A stretch of DNA of 63,079 nt, filler included, from Octopus bimaculoides (lineage: Eukaryota): NCBI RefSeq assembly GCF_001194135.2. It is 4 parts of 3 records of this genome, joined end to end, with 100 filler letters (N's around TTAATTAATTAA, not from the genome) between each part and the next. Parts side by side here need not be neighbours in the genome. Positions count along the whole stretch, not along the records: positions 31,676 to 57,650 come from NC_068997.1; 3 more parts are not named here. One strand, written 5' to 3'. Positions 46,824 to 57,483 of this stretch are shown piece after piece (position 1 is the stretch's first letter; each line of letters starts with the position of its first letter). The notes beneath the pieces were generated by a model that saw nothing but the letters and a program-made list of their open reading frames with translations, did no database searches and had not been told where the DNA came from. Position numbers and translations under genes: made by a program.

Positions 46824-48233
46824 GGTATTTCGTCTCTGTCTTTATGTTCTGAGTTCAAATTTCCACCAAGGTCGACTTTGCCTTTCATCCTTTTCAGGGT
46901 CGATGTAATCGACTTTTAATCCCTTTGTCCCCTCTATAGTTATGTAAGAATTGCTAAAGAATCCAATAGTAGCAATTCTACAAAATCAAATTCTTTCATA
47001 TAATAAAGACACGAAAGATTACTTCAGCAAAGTTAGGACCACAAGGGAGGAGACTTTTACTAAGCGTACCCATTTCCTAACTCCTTATCAATTGTTAAAG
47101 ACAAATATCTTTAATCTATCCTTCATACCTCAGTATTCTTTGCATTATACTGCACCACTAATTGCATCTTAGCACCAACCAACACCCATCTCTTTCATGC
47201 CAACTTCTGCTCATTACTACATACCACTGAGTCACTATTCAGCAAGAAACTGGTATAAAAGGGGCAGCAGTAGAAATTCAGGGACAATTTGAGAAAGAAT
47301 GCCAAAACGCATGCATTTCCAAACCTGTAAAATTTAGATATCATTAATCTCAGCCTCTATGAGGAATATCTGTGTATATGTTAAGGTCAATGTATTCAAA
47401 TTTTGTGAATACATGCCTGAGAACACTACCACTTAGAACTACTTACATGAATTCACCTATCCAAATAAAAGTATTGACAGAAAAATATGGATTTTGTAGA
47501 TGCCTCAGCAGACATGATTGGGAAAGTTTAGATGCTCACCCAATCAAATCAACTCATTACTAGTACATTAGTCTTGAGGTACCCGTAACATAGTATTTCT
47601 AAAATTTTAGTTACTATGTGGCCACTGAATGACGAATTGCTTGGTTTTGGACTCAATTCCATTGTAGCGTACACAGGGCAAGGTATTTAGTTAATCAAAA
47701 GTTTGGAGAGTGAGATTTTGCAAGTGTAAACTGGTAGCTTCTATTTTGGTGCCGAGTAGTAGTCTTAATCCATTGCTTGATTTAACATCACTTGGTCCTT
47801 GGTTTTTCTTTAGCAAAGTTCAATGTTGCAAGCATCTGTATTGTTACTATTTCAGATGAATTACCTTTCTGAGCCTGAAAAAAATTTAGCCAACGAAAAT
47901 CTTCCACCATTTGGTCATGTTTAAACACCAACTTAAGAGATAACCCAAGCTGATGCATTGCCTGTTTCTCAACCTATTTGACTAACAATCCACTTAGAAG
48001 GAAAAAAATCTAAATAGAACTTTACTGCAAAATTCATTTACTTGTTACCTACACCTGAACTTAGAAAAACTGTTTTCAAAGACTACTTGCTGGGATGAAT
48101 ATGTACTCCTTAGTCATCCAAGATTTAAGAAACCTCTTGAGATTCAATTAAAATTTGGGACAAAAGGTTTTCACTAAATCCCAAGTTTTTGTAGAATGCC
48201 TACATTAAATATGGGAATATTTGATTGTGTTAA

Positions 48234-48334
48234 CCCTTTAGCATTCAAACTGGCCATGTCAGCCCAACATCTCTTACAATGTCATTCTAAAAATAAGCAA
48301 TTACATTTGATAAAGTAATCTGAATGTGAAAGGG
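48234..48334. mobile_element. piggyBac-type MITE (101 bp)
   Basis: TTAA|CCCTTTAGCATTCA ... TGAATGTGAAAGGG|TTAA; related to 41153-41364. Confidence 0.75.
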
Positions 48335-50042
48335 TTAAAATTGTTTTAGTGCTATTTTATACCATGCTCACTTATAAATCAAAAATCCTACTTTTGTTCA
48401 AGGATCTATAAAAGTGAATTATGTACCATAGTGCTATTAACTCAAATATTTTCTCTATCATCTCCATTTGAAAACCATACAATTTCAATGTCTTTTCAAA
48501 ATCACTTTGGTAGAAGCTGTGGGACACTCAGCTCCCTTAATGATTAGTATAGAATATACTAATCAACAAATGCTATACTCGTTATAGACCTACTCCAGGT
48601 ATTTAAAACCATACATGTGAAGAGATCTTTGCTTAAACTTCAAATTAAAAGTATTTAAACATATTTTGTAAATGCTTACTGCAACATACAATAAAATGTC
48701 ACCCTTTCAGAACAAACCATTTACACTCAATCTGAAATAAATTGTAACTTAAATGTTCAACAAATGTAGATCTTAATCAGAACATGGCCATTACCACACT
48801 TCCCTGCATCCTAGTTACAGACATCTAGTATTTGAGATTCTATCTGGTAGTCAATAATACCTTCGTAATTTGTAAAGCAGTGTGTATATTTAGAGTTCCA
48901 ATGAACAGGCTATGCCTTGAAACCTAACCCTTTCGTTACCAACCCATCCAAAACTGATTGAAATTGATTTTGCTCATGTTGCAAAGACATATTTGAGCGC
49001 AAATGTCATAAGTATGCTTGTGAAATGCATTTTCACTCTAAACAACTAAATTACACTATCCAACAGTATTTTATATGGTATCTGACACCAGTCTAGAGAT
49101 TTTTCCACTTTGAAAAATTTTTTTCTTTACAAGAGACAGAAAATACCAGTATCAAGCATTGAGCTTGAAGCCAAAGGATTTTCAAAAGATGGCATCCAGC
49201 AAAATATACAGTGGACATAAACCATGTGCACGATTATGACTCAGATATTTCAATTTCTGAAAGTAAAACAATTCCGACAAGTGATGATTGCGATGAATGG
49301 AAAAAAAAAAAAAAAAAAAAAAAGCACCCGAATGTAGCAAGAATAAGAAAATTGTTTTCCTTAGTTTTTAGGAAGAGACTAAACCAGTCATGGTGTAGGC
49401 AAATGAAAGCACTAGATTTCTCCTCTTTGCTTGCAGCAATTACTGCGGAAACAAAATCATAATGCAGGACAGAGGGAAAAAGACTTTTGCTCTCCCGCAC
49501 TTTACATTTTTTTTTTAATTCACTTGTTAGGTGTGTGACATTTTGATAATTCATATTGTGAATCAATCATGTATCTCTTGTAGCTGATGACACTTCATTT
49601 TCTAGCTTTCTTCAAAAATTCTCGTAATTTACACACTTCTATACTAAAATTTTGTTGTATACTCAAATGTTAGCTACTAACTCATTTTCTAATGCTAACC
49701 ATTAGGTTAAAACTGGATACTGCAGCGGTCATCACCTATGCAACACTGCCACCCATACATATGTCAGATGGATAGCAATTCAATGCAAAGTACAAATTGA
49801 ATTTATGGAGACAGCTTTCTATTGTATGCAAAAGATATTTGATAATGCACAGAATTGTTATTTAATAGAAGTTAGTGGCAATTTTAATATTAATGCAAGT
49901 GCAAAAAGCAAACCTAACTATATTAAGCAATGAGAACACCATTACTATATAACTGTACAAGTATAAAGAACTGATACTATTGACCCCATATACGGCATAG
50001 CTAATATGGTTTGAAATAACCAAACCGGATTTGATTACTTAC

Positions 50043-50064
50043 CTTTTCCAAGAGTGTGATATAT
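50043..50064 (-). other. Candidate 22-nt alternative microexon of TDP-43
   Basis: TGCTTGTTTTTCTTTCAG|ATATATCACACTCTTGGAAAAG|GTAAGT: consensus acceptor and donor on the TARDBP strand, ~2.1 kb after the stop. No transcript evidence. Confidence 0.5.
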
Positions 50065-51108
50065 CTGAAAGAAAAACAAGCACTAACAAGAAGTTTCTCA
50101 CTGTATGGCTTCCAAAAGGCATAGGGGAAGGAGAAAAATTGCAGAAATATATAAAGTAAATTTCAACACCTTAAAAAATGCTATTTAAAATAAATAAAAA
50201 AAAATATGAAAGGCCAACATCTAAATTTATCCCTGAGATACAGTCAATGGCACTGTATTAAATGTCAGTTTTTTTTCTTTTTTTTTCATAAAAATAAAAA
50301 AAAGGTGTTTACAAATAGCCAACTATGTTATCACAGACAGGTTGCAGACAGCAGCAGCTGTTTTAGGGCAGCAGTGCACGCAGCTGAAGAAACAGACACC
50401 GTAATGGAGGAAATTGTTGAATTTCGCTGTGAAGAAAAACAGTTTCGTCATCATTACGTCGAAATAGGTATCACTTGATACGTCCCTCTCCACCAATTGA
50501 AATGCTGATGAACCATGGCAATCAGGGTTCTTCTGTTGCTGGGAGAAGAACCCATGTCGAGTCATTTGAAATATTTAAAAAAAAAAAAAAATGCAATATG
50601 AAAATTACTCAGTTGGAATGACAAAGTATATTGGAGGGTAATCAGTTGGAATTCTAAAAGTATGAAAGTCAGTAATTTTCCACTATTATTGGTATAATGC
50701 AGCATCACTAGTGTTCATACCCATTTCTCATTACTTGAAAATGAAACTTTTTTTTTTTAAATGCTACAATCCAAATGGGATCTGAAATTTCCCAACAGGT
50801 TATCTTTAAACTCATCTGAACAATTTGATTTTAATATGAACATTACCCTAAACACTATAAATTTTCACAAAACAATTAGCAATCATCTCTTATAATCATT
50901 ATGATGCCAAGCATAAAGGGCAGTTTGCTGTGGAGTGGGATGAAAAAAAAAAATGCAATTTTACCGATACTTGAACCTGTTTCATTTTTAAACAAGTCCC
51001 AGACATTCAACTAAATACACAATTTTCTTTGTATTCTTGCCCAGCCCCTGCAACAAAGAGCAAACTCTCTCAACTGCCACAAAACACAAGACCTTCATGC
51101 ATTTTATA

Positions 51109-51114
51109 TTTATT
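51109..51114 (-). terminator. Candidate poly(A) signal in the TDP-43 3'UTR
   Basis: AATAAA on the sense strand followed ~17-32 nt later by a GU-rich element (GTCTTGTGTTTTGTGG). Confidence 0.35.
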
Positions 51115-52129
51115 TACTTTCTCTACAGATCAGCTCCCATTCAACACGCAAAAAAAGGAGACATCCGTCACCCATTCAACAAAGTTGATTCAGTTCGTTC
51201 ACATCTGTCATGCGTGCATCAGTCCGTGCGTGCAATCCAAACGACTGGCAACTATTTACATATTACCAATGGTCACCCACCACACAACTAAAATGATCTT
51301 CACTGACCCAGACCAAAGCTAACACTCATTCAAAAGAAAGAAAAAAAATAAAATAAAATAAAGGGAAATGTTTACAAATAGGAGATATGGAAAAGAAAAG
51401 TCAGTAAGGGATTCTTTTCAGGCAATACAGCAGCAGAAAAATCAAACGATGAGGGGGGAGATGAAAGTATATTTTAGTGGAATTTCTAGGAGAGTCACAT
51501 TACCGAGCAGGAAAAAAAAAATGAATAGATGAAATGATAGAAAGCTGCTCATCCAAGAGCAAAATGAAGGAAATGAAGAAGGAATGTATAGGGTAAGGGG
51601 AGACAATTTAGACAGTTCACAATGTCTCTCTTCAAAGTAAAGCTGCACAAAAAATTTCACTTAACAATACAAAATTGCACTGAATCAAGTGAAAATGCAT
51701 GATATAGAGATGTATGTAGAGGGACTGTTCTAAAAGTGCTGCTGTCTAAAGTTGGTCGGCAGTTAAGGGAAAGTGAAGCATGACATCACTCACAACATTC
51801 AACAAACATGTATAACAAAAGTATGAAGAGGGGGAAAGAAAGGAGAGGGGGGGATCAAAATAAAGATGACAGTCCAGGTAATAAAATGTCAGTGTGTATA
51901 CATCATATATAAACATACATATATAATACATACACACTTAAAATTAGAAAACTGGACTGAGAGTGATTAAATGAAAAGACCTTGACTTATGGCAAATTTG
52001 ACAAGATCAAAAAGAAACGTGACAACTGCTAAAGAACAGTGAATCAGGTATGAATGGGACTGAGTGAAGAAAAGACAAAAAGATGGAGGAAAAAATATAT
52101 TAAAATGCATTGCAAACAATGATCAGCCG

Positions 52130-52774
52130 TTAATTCCATCCACCAGATTTTGATAGTGAACCCCCCCAATTTGCTGAATGCCCTTGACCATTTTCTGCAG
52201 GGCCACCCCAACCCAAATAATTGTTATTGGGACCACTACCAATACTACCAAAGCTTTGGTTGCTATTTTGACTGTTAGACTCTCCACCTCCACCTTGTCC
52301 CATTCCTAATGGCCCCCACCCCCCAGGCCCACTAAGCATGGCCTGAGCAGCTGCCAACATTGCTGGATTTATCTGAAAGTTGCCAAAATTCATCGGGGGT
52401 CCATTCATGTTGCCATTACTATTGCGGTTTCCCTGATTCCACCCACCCTGTCCATAACCTTGATTATAGTTGCCTTGAGGACCACGCCTATCCCAGTTGC
52501 CAGAGTTGCCGCTATTATGTTTATCTGCAGGTTTCGGCAGTGCACTGCTCACATGAACGCTGACATTCTTCACAATGTGGTCTTCGCCACACAAAGCTTG
52601 AGCAACATCAGGATCAGTGAATGTAACAAATGCGAACGCCCGGAATGGTTTGGGGATAAAGACATCAATGACTTCACCATATTTAGAGAAGTAAGTGAGA
52701 AGGTCATCTTCAGTCATGTCTTCTGTACACCGGCCAACAAACACTTTACTGTTTACTTGCTGTTGACTACCATC
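52130..52774 (-). CDS. TARDBP: TDP-43 coding exon 4 (RRM2 plus G/N-rich low-complexity C-terminus, to stop TAA)
   Basis: TTCTAG|GAT acceptor, in frame. Encodes DGSQQQVNSKVFVGRC...RAFAFVTF, the conserved segment MNFGNFQINPAMLAAAQAML..WG, and ends SKSGGWN*. Joined CDS is 1188 nt = 395 aa. Confidence 0.96.
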   Translation of the reverse strand, partial: DGSQQQVNSKVFVGRCTEDMTEDDLLTYFSKYGEVIDVFIPKPFRAFAFVTFTDPDVAQALCGEDHIVKNVSVHVSSALPKPADKHNSGNSGNWDRRGPQGNYNQGYGQGGWNQGNRNSNGNMNGPPMNFGNFQINPAMLAAAQAMLSGPGGWGPLGMGQGGGGESNSQNSNQSFGSIGSGPNNNYLGWGGPAENGQGHSANWGGSLSKSGGWN

Positions 52775-53161
52775 CTAGAAACAGAAAATGAAATGATGCA
52801 CATAAATACAAGTGAACACAACAGCAGTATAGTATAAATAAAAGTTAAAATAAACTAAAGACAAGATCAAATTTTTAATGCTAAACATTTTTAAGGAAGA
52901 ATATCTCGTGTCTAGGTGCAGATAAGTTTTAATGCTCTTATTGGCAGATATTAATAGTCAAGACTTTCTTTCCATTATAAACATGGATTGCCATTACAAT
53001 ATTTTAAAAGAAATACTTTCACACCAAAACCAAGCCCTATCTTTAATAAAATATCGAGTGGTGATATTGGCTAACAAACTAGAAAGAGAGAGAGGAGAGC
53101 TGACAAGATGGAAGTACAAAGAAATGTGAAACAAAGTTTTTAGTGAGAAGGAACATTTTAC

Positions 53162-53302
53162 CCTGGAGTTTGGAATCCTCACATCACACCAACGCCCGTC
53201 AATCATGTGTCTTTGGTTGATACATTTTAATTGGGATTCATAATCTTGGAATCGAACAAAACCAAAGCCCTTTGACTGCCCAGTTTTCAAATCTTTTTTG
53301 AC
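53162..53302 (-). CDS. TARDBP: TDP-43 coding exon 3 (rest of RRM1, 141 nt)
   Basis: TTTACAG|GTC acceptor. [47 protein letters not shown] contains RNP1 KGFGFVRF. Donor AGG|GTAAAA. Confidence 0.97.
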
Positions 53303-54110
53303 CTGTAAATTATACGAAGAGATAAGAAAAGAAATCTATATATTAAAAAATACAACATTTGAAACTAACAACTTTCAGAACTCAAAGTTAATTATTTCTT
53401 AACCCCAAAACTATTCTCTTTCACAGAAAAGGATCACCACTTGCCCCATTTATTTATTTGTTACTATTGGTAGAGTGGGAACGTGGACACCACCAACAGG
53501 AGTTTTAAAAACTGGATTTGCATAAGAAAATCATTTCCATGATTGAATTCGTCTACTTTCTGAAAGACGTAATGTCTTAAGATAAATATTTAGACAAACC
53601 CACTCGTCATCCCAGCCCATATGAATAAAAATAGTGGATAGTTACAGCCAACAGTACTCCATAAGTCTCTGAATGTTCGTGTCGACAACACTCATTAAAA
53701 TGAGTGCATCAACAAAACAGCTAACTCGTGTCCGAGTCACATTCTGGAAGACAGCAAGAAATGGACTTCATAATCATCTCACTTGACAGCGTTCTCGAAA
53801 CTAAGCAGTTAAAAATACCGGTCTTCTGAATATGAGTAGAGGATCATACTGGTCAGTAAGTGAGCTAGGTCAAATCCTCGAAGTGACAAACACTATCTCC
53901 CGTTTTAAAAAAACCTCACTATTGTTCCAAAGTAGAACGCCACACCTCTGCAAGGCGTGAAACAAAGAAAAAAGGTTAAAATTCTGGTATTTCTATTTTA
54001 TTATATACACATTTTTCTTCCCGGGATCAATAATTAAGCAATTTATTAAAGTTCACTTATAGCCCGACTACATTGCGGAGATTAAATGTAAAGGAAGAGA
54101 TTAACTTTAC

Positions 54111-54274
54111 CTGCACCATTAACAGTTCACCAAACTGTGAAAAATATTGCCTCAAATCTTCTTCAGTACTTTTCCAAGGTAGGCCCAATACAATAAGGTC
54201 GCTACACTTTTTGTTGACTCTTTTAGCTTTGATGGCTCCGCTGTCCATGCCATCATCACTCTTCCTCTTGTTAT
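54111..54274 (-). CDS. TARDBP: TDP-43 coding exon 2 (NLS and start of RRM1, 164 nt)
   Basis: GTACAG|ATAAC acceptor, phase 1 (G+AT=Asp). [55 protein letters not shown] contains the bipartite NLS and RNP2. Donor CAG|GTAAAG. Confidence 0.97.
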
Positions 54275-55477
54275 CTGTACACAACAATTCATACTTGTCA
54301 GTCTTGAAAGGAAAATACTCCATGGCAACACAACAACACAAAACTTTCAACAAAACAACACTGACAGAAACGGAGTGGGTAGCAATTATCTAGAAATTGT
54401 ATTTGCTGATATGTGCGCGCGCATGTGGGGGTGGGAGAGTCACCGACAGCAATTAGCAATACAGGTCAATTGTCAGGGGATTATTTCTGGCATTTTGTGA
54501 ATTTTACATGCGTACACTCATTATATACATGTATAATAAAGGAATGGGTTATGATACGAACGAACTGACTAAACTAAATACAAAGATACTGGATGACTGG
54601 TAAGTCAGGAGACAAAAAATCCTGTTTAGTGCCAAACATATAACAGCAATATGGCGGATCTGTTATTTCCCTTTGTGGTGAAGTGACTGTGGCTGCCTTC
54701 AATATCATACACAGCGACCCAATTCTCAGTTTTAAGTGAATACTTTCATCTTTAAGAAAGATGATACCCTTTTAAGGGCATTAACATTAATCCTTGTCCT
54801 CCTCTTATAACGTACCACAGGATAACATACTTTCACTATGCGATGGTGATTTCGAGAAAAGCGTTTTTAAAAAGAACAGCTTAAAATTTATTCTCGCCCC
54901 TTTTTTACAAAATTTTCATCACAAGCCAGCGATATGGAAACAGAAAGCTGTTTACTCTTTATATGTAATAAACAACATACAAAACTATTTCACGGTTATC
55001 AACGGACTAGCAACAGGTTTTGTTTTTTTTAGGTTTCCAGGTGATAAAAGCCAAATAAAAGGCTACCGTTTTAAAGTCAGAGATTAAAGGAAAATGCGAC
55101 GGTTCATACAATCAGAAAGAGTGCATCAAAATAACAGCAGAGAATACTTGCAAAAAGATGAGGAATGAAAAGGGCGAATAAAAATTAGTACATGAATATT
55201 CACAAAAGTAAATTGAAACTATTTTTATGTAACAGAGGATATATAGATAGGCAAATATCAATCTGAATACTTTAAAACAAAATTACAATTAACTTACGTA
55301 CAAGATCATAAAAAGTAATTTATAGGTAAAAAGGAGCAACATTGCCATTTTAATATAAAAATGATCATTAAGGCGCATTGAAAATCTAAGGAAATATTCG
55401 AGTATGCTACCAACAATTTCCAGCATTTAAAACGTATGCAATGAGGTATGATAAACTAGTTTAAAATGTAAACTTAC

Positions 55478-55715
55478 CTTTCGGAAAGACACTGTAGTAA
55501 ACCCGATCTTCCCATCCGTCTTCGGGAGGATATAACTGTCCCAGGCTGAGGCGAATACCGCGCACTGCACATGTGTTAGGGTTGCGGTACTTAAGACCAC
55601 AAGCGCCAGGAAACTGGGCAGAGAGGGTGCTCAGTAACAAAGTACCATCTAACTCGATGGGAATTTCTATCAGCTCCGAATTCTCGTCCTCAGCAACTTG
55701 GATGTATTGACTCAT
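55478..55715 (-). CDS. TARDBP: TDP-43 orthologue, coding exon 1 (N-terminal domain, 238 nt)
   Basis: [46 protein letters not shown]...YSVFPK matches the TDP-43 NTD. Ends AAAG|GTAAGT (phase 1). Upstream acceptor TTTTTTCCCCTAG at 55759 implies 43 nt of 5'UTR and a non-coding first exon further upstream. Confidence 0.97.
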
Positions 55716-55929
55716 GCTTTCAGAAATAATGGGGTAACGGAAAAATAGAGTCGTGTATCTAGGGGAAAAAAGGCTAGAAATAGGTTAAATACTGAGCAAT
55801 AATCTACAGAAAATAAACGAAGTAAACGAGAATTGTTATTTTGAAAGGAGGTGTTTAACAAAAGGCCCAAGAATGAAATAATATATCAGAGCAAAGCACA
55901 CTCTCACTCCCTTCAGATTTTCTCGTTCA

Positions 55930-56050
55930 CTCTAGCATACACCGCACACAGGAAAGCACTATGGCGTCTCTTCCCCAATGGCCTTCTGGGAAGTGAATAC
56001 ACTAAATAACGAGCCAACGAGATTTCATAAAATATAGAGAGGGGGAGGGA
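55930..56050 (-). promoter_or_regulatory. Probable promoter / non-coding first exon region of TDP-43
   Basis: Unique, moderately GC-rich sequence upstream of the 55759 acceptor and before a (TA)n block. YY1-like CGCCAT and GCCATT cores on the sense strand. Donor site not identified with confidence. Confidence 0.3.
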
Positions 56051-56699
56051 TAGTATACATATGTATATGTAAATATAAGTACAACGAATATACATGTATA
56101 GATATGTTTGTGTGCATCTATATATATGTGTGCGTATGTAAACATACATATGGATACATATTTACAAATGTTTATATATATATATATATATATATATTTA
56201 CATCAATTATATGAATTTATGTGTATGTTTATAAACACATGCATATACACATGTATATGCTTTTGTAAATATATGACACACACACATAGATAGACAAATA
56301 TGTAAAGGTAAGATCCAAGGATCAAGGTGTAGGAAGTTAGTGAGCTTCAAGAAATCCGTCGAAGATATAAAAAACAACTTTCATGAACAAAAGGTTGTGA
56401 ATTTTTTCCACATTTCGATCAAATCTCCAACAAGTTAACATGGGATCTCCTAATGACAATGTAAACTTCATATAATCAAGGTATCCTTGGCTTGAAGTAT
56501 GCTGTCTACCTTTTACTGAGGTTCCACTAGCTGTGAAATATATGTAGCCTGGACTCTTTATCTACGCTATTCTCTAATTTTTACCTATTTGAGTACTCAG
56601 AACATACGCCTATTAGTTTGAGTCACCTGAGTGAAAACTCCACATATCTAATATTATATATATATATATGTGTGTGTGTATGTATAGTCCAAATTTACA

Positions 56700-56840
56700 G
56701 AAAACAAGATGAAGACAGGTGTAGGAACAACAAGTAAGTGTATTAGTTTAACACTCAGGAAGAATGGAGAAGTCTTTTACGCTTTGAGCCTATGCTCTTT
56801 GACAGAAAGGATTAAGAGGGAACAAAACAAAGAGAGAAAA
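56700..56840 (-). mobile_element. Third, more degenerate copy of the Penelope-like hammerhead repeat
   Basis: CTTT-CTGTCAA-A-GAGC atag GCTC-AAAG-CGT-A-AAAG. Confidence 0.55.
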
Positions 56841-57240
56841 AAATGAGCATAGTTTCACAGATGAGTATGTATATATCTAGTCTAGTGTAGTCTGGTTTTG
56901 ATCAGGTCCTGTGCATGGAACCTTCTCCAGCACTCGCTACATGACCTGGGTAGGTCTATACCCTCCTCTGCTACCATTAAGTAAATTACTGGAACTTAGG
57001 CTACTATGACTAGACTAGAGGTGAATACTGGAGTGGTTTCCCATTGCCATCTCCTGGCAGGTGGGATTTGAACCTGGAATATTAGATAGCTAGAGGATAT
57101 ACTATAAAGCATTTCTGCTGAGAAGGGAAATAAAGAAAGCTTCTAACAATGCAAGAAGTTTTTCACAAAACCTTTATATCTCAGGTACAAAAACCTATCT
57201 TCTGAAGGGAGCAATCCAAGAAGTGTGTACTCACATCAAG

Positions 57241-57483
57241 CTTGTAATTTAATTTTAAACTGCTTGATACTTGCATTAGCAGCAGCAGCAACTCTCCAGC
57301 TGTTGGTGCAAGCAATGCATCACTGATTATGACCAACATCATCTCCCACCACCATCACCACATAAAAATACGTCATACCGTCCATGACTATGAGTTGAAG
57401 AGTTGTTTGCAGCAACAATTAGTGAGTTGTTGCTGCTGCTGCAAACCCAAACACCAAGCAGTTTAAAATTCAATTACAGCAAG
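57241..57483. mobile_element. MITE-like element with ~55-bp imperfect TIRs
   Basis: TGTAATTTAATTTTAAACTGCTTG..GCAGCAGCAGCAACTC pairs with GAGTTGTTGCTGCTGC..CAAGCAGTTTAAAATTCAATTACA. Confidence 0.7.

Noticed and set aside
48040-48070. 6-nt microexon GTGTAG (TTCAG|GTGTAG|GTAACA) on the TDP-43 strand
   Set aside because: Weak donor, AG inside the pyrimidine tract; expected by chance.
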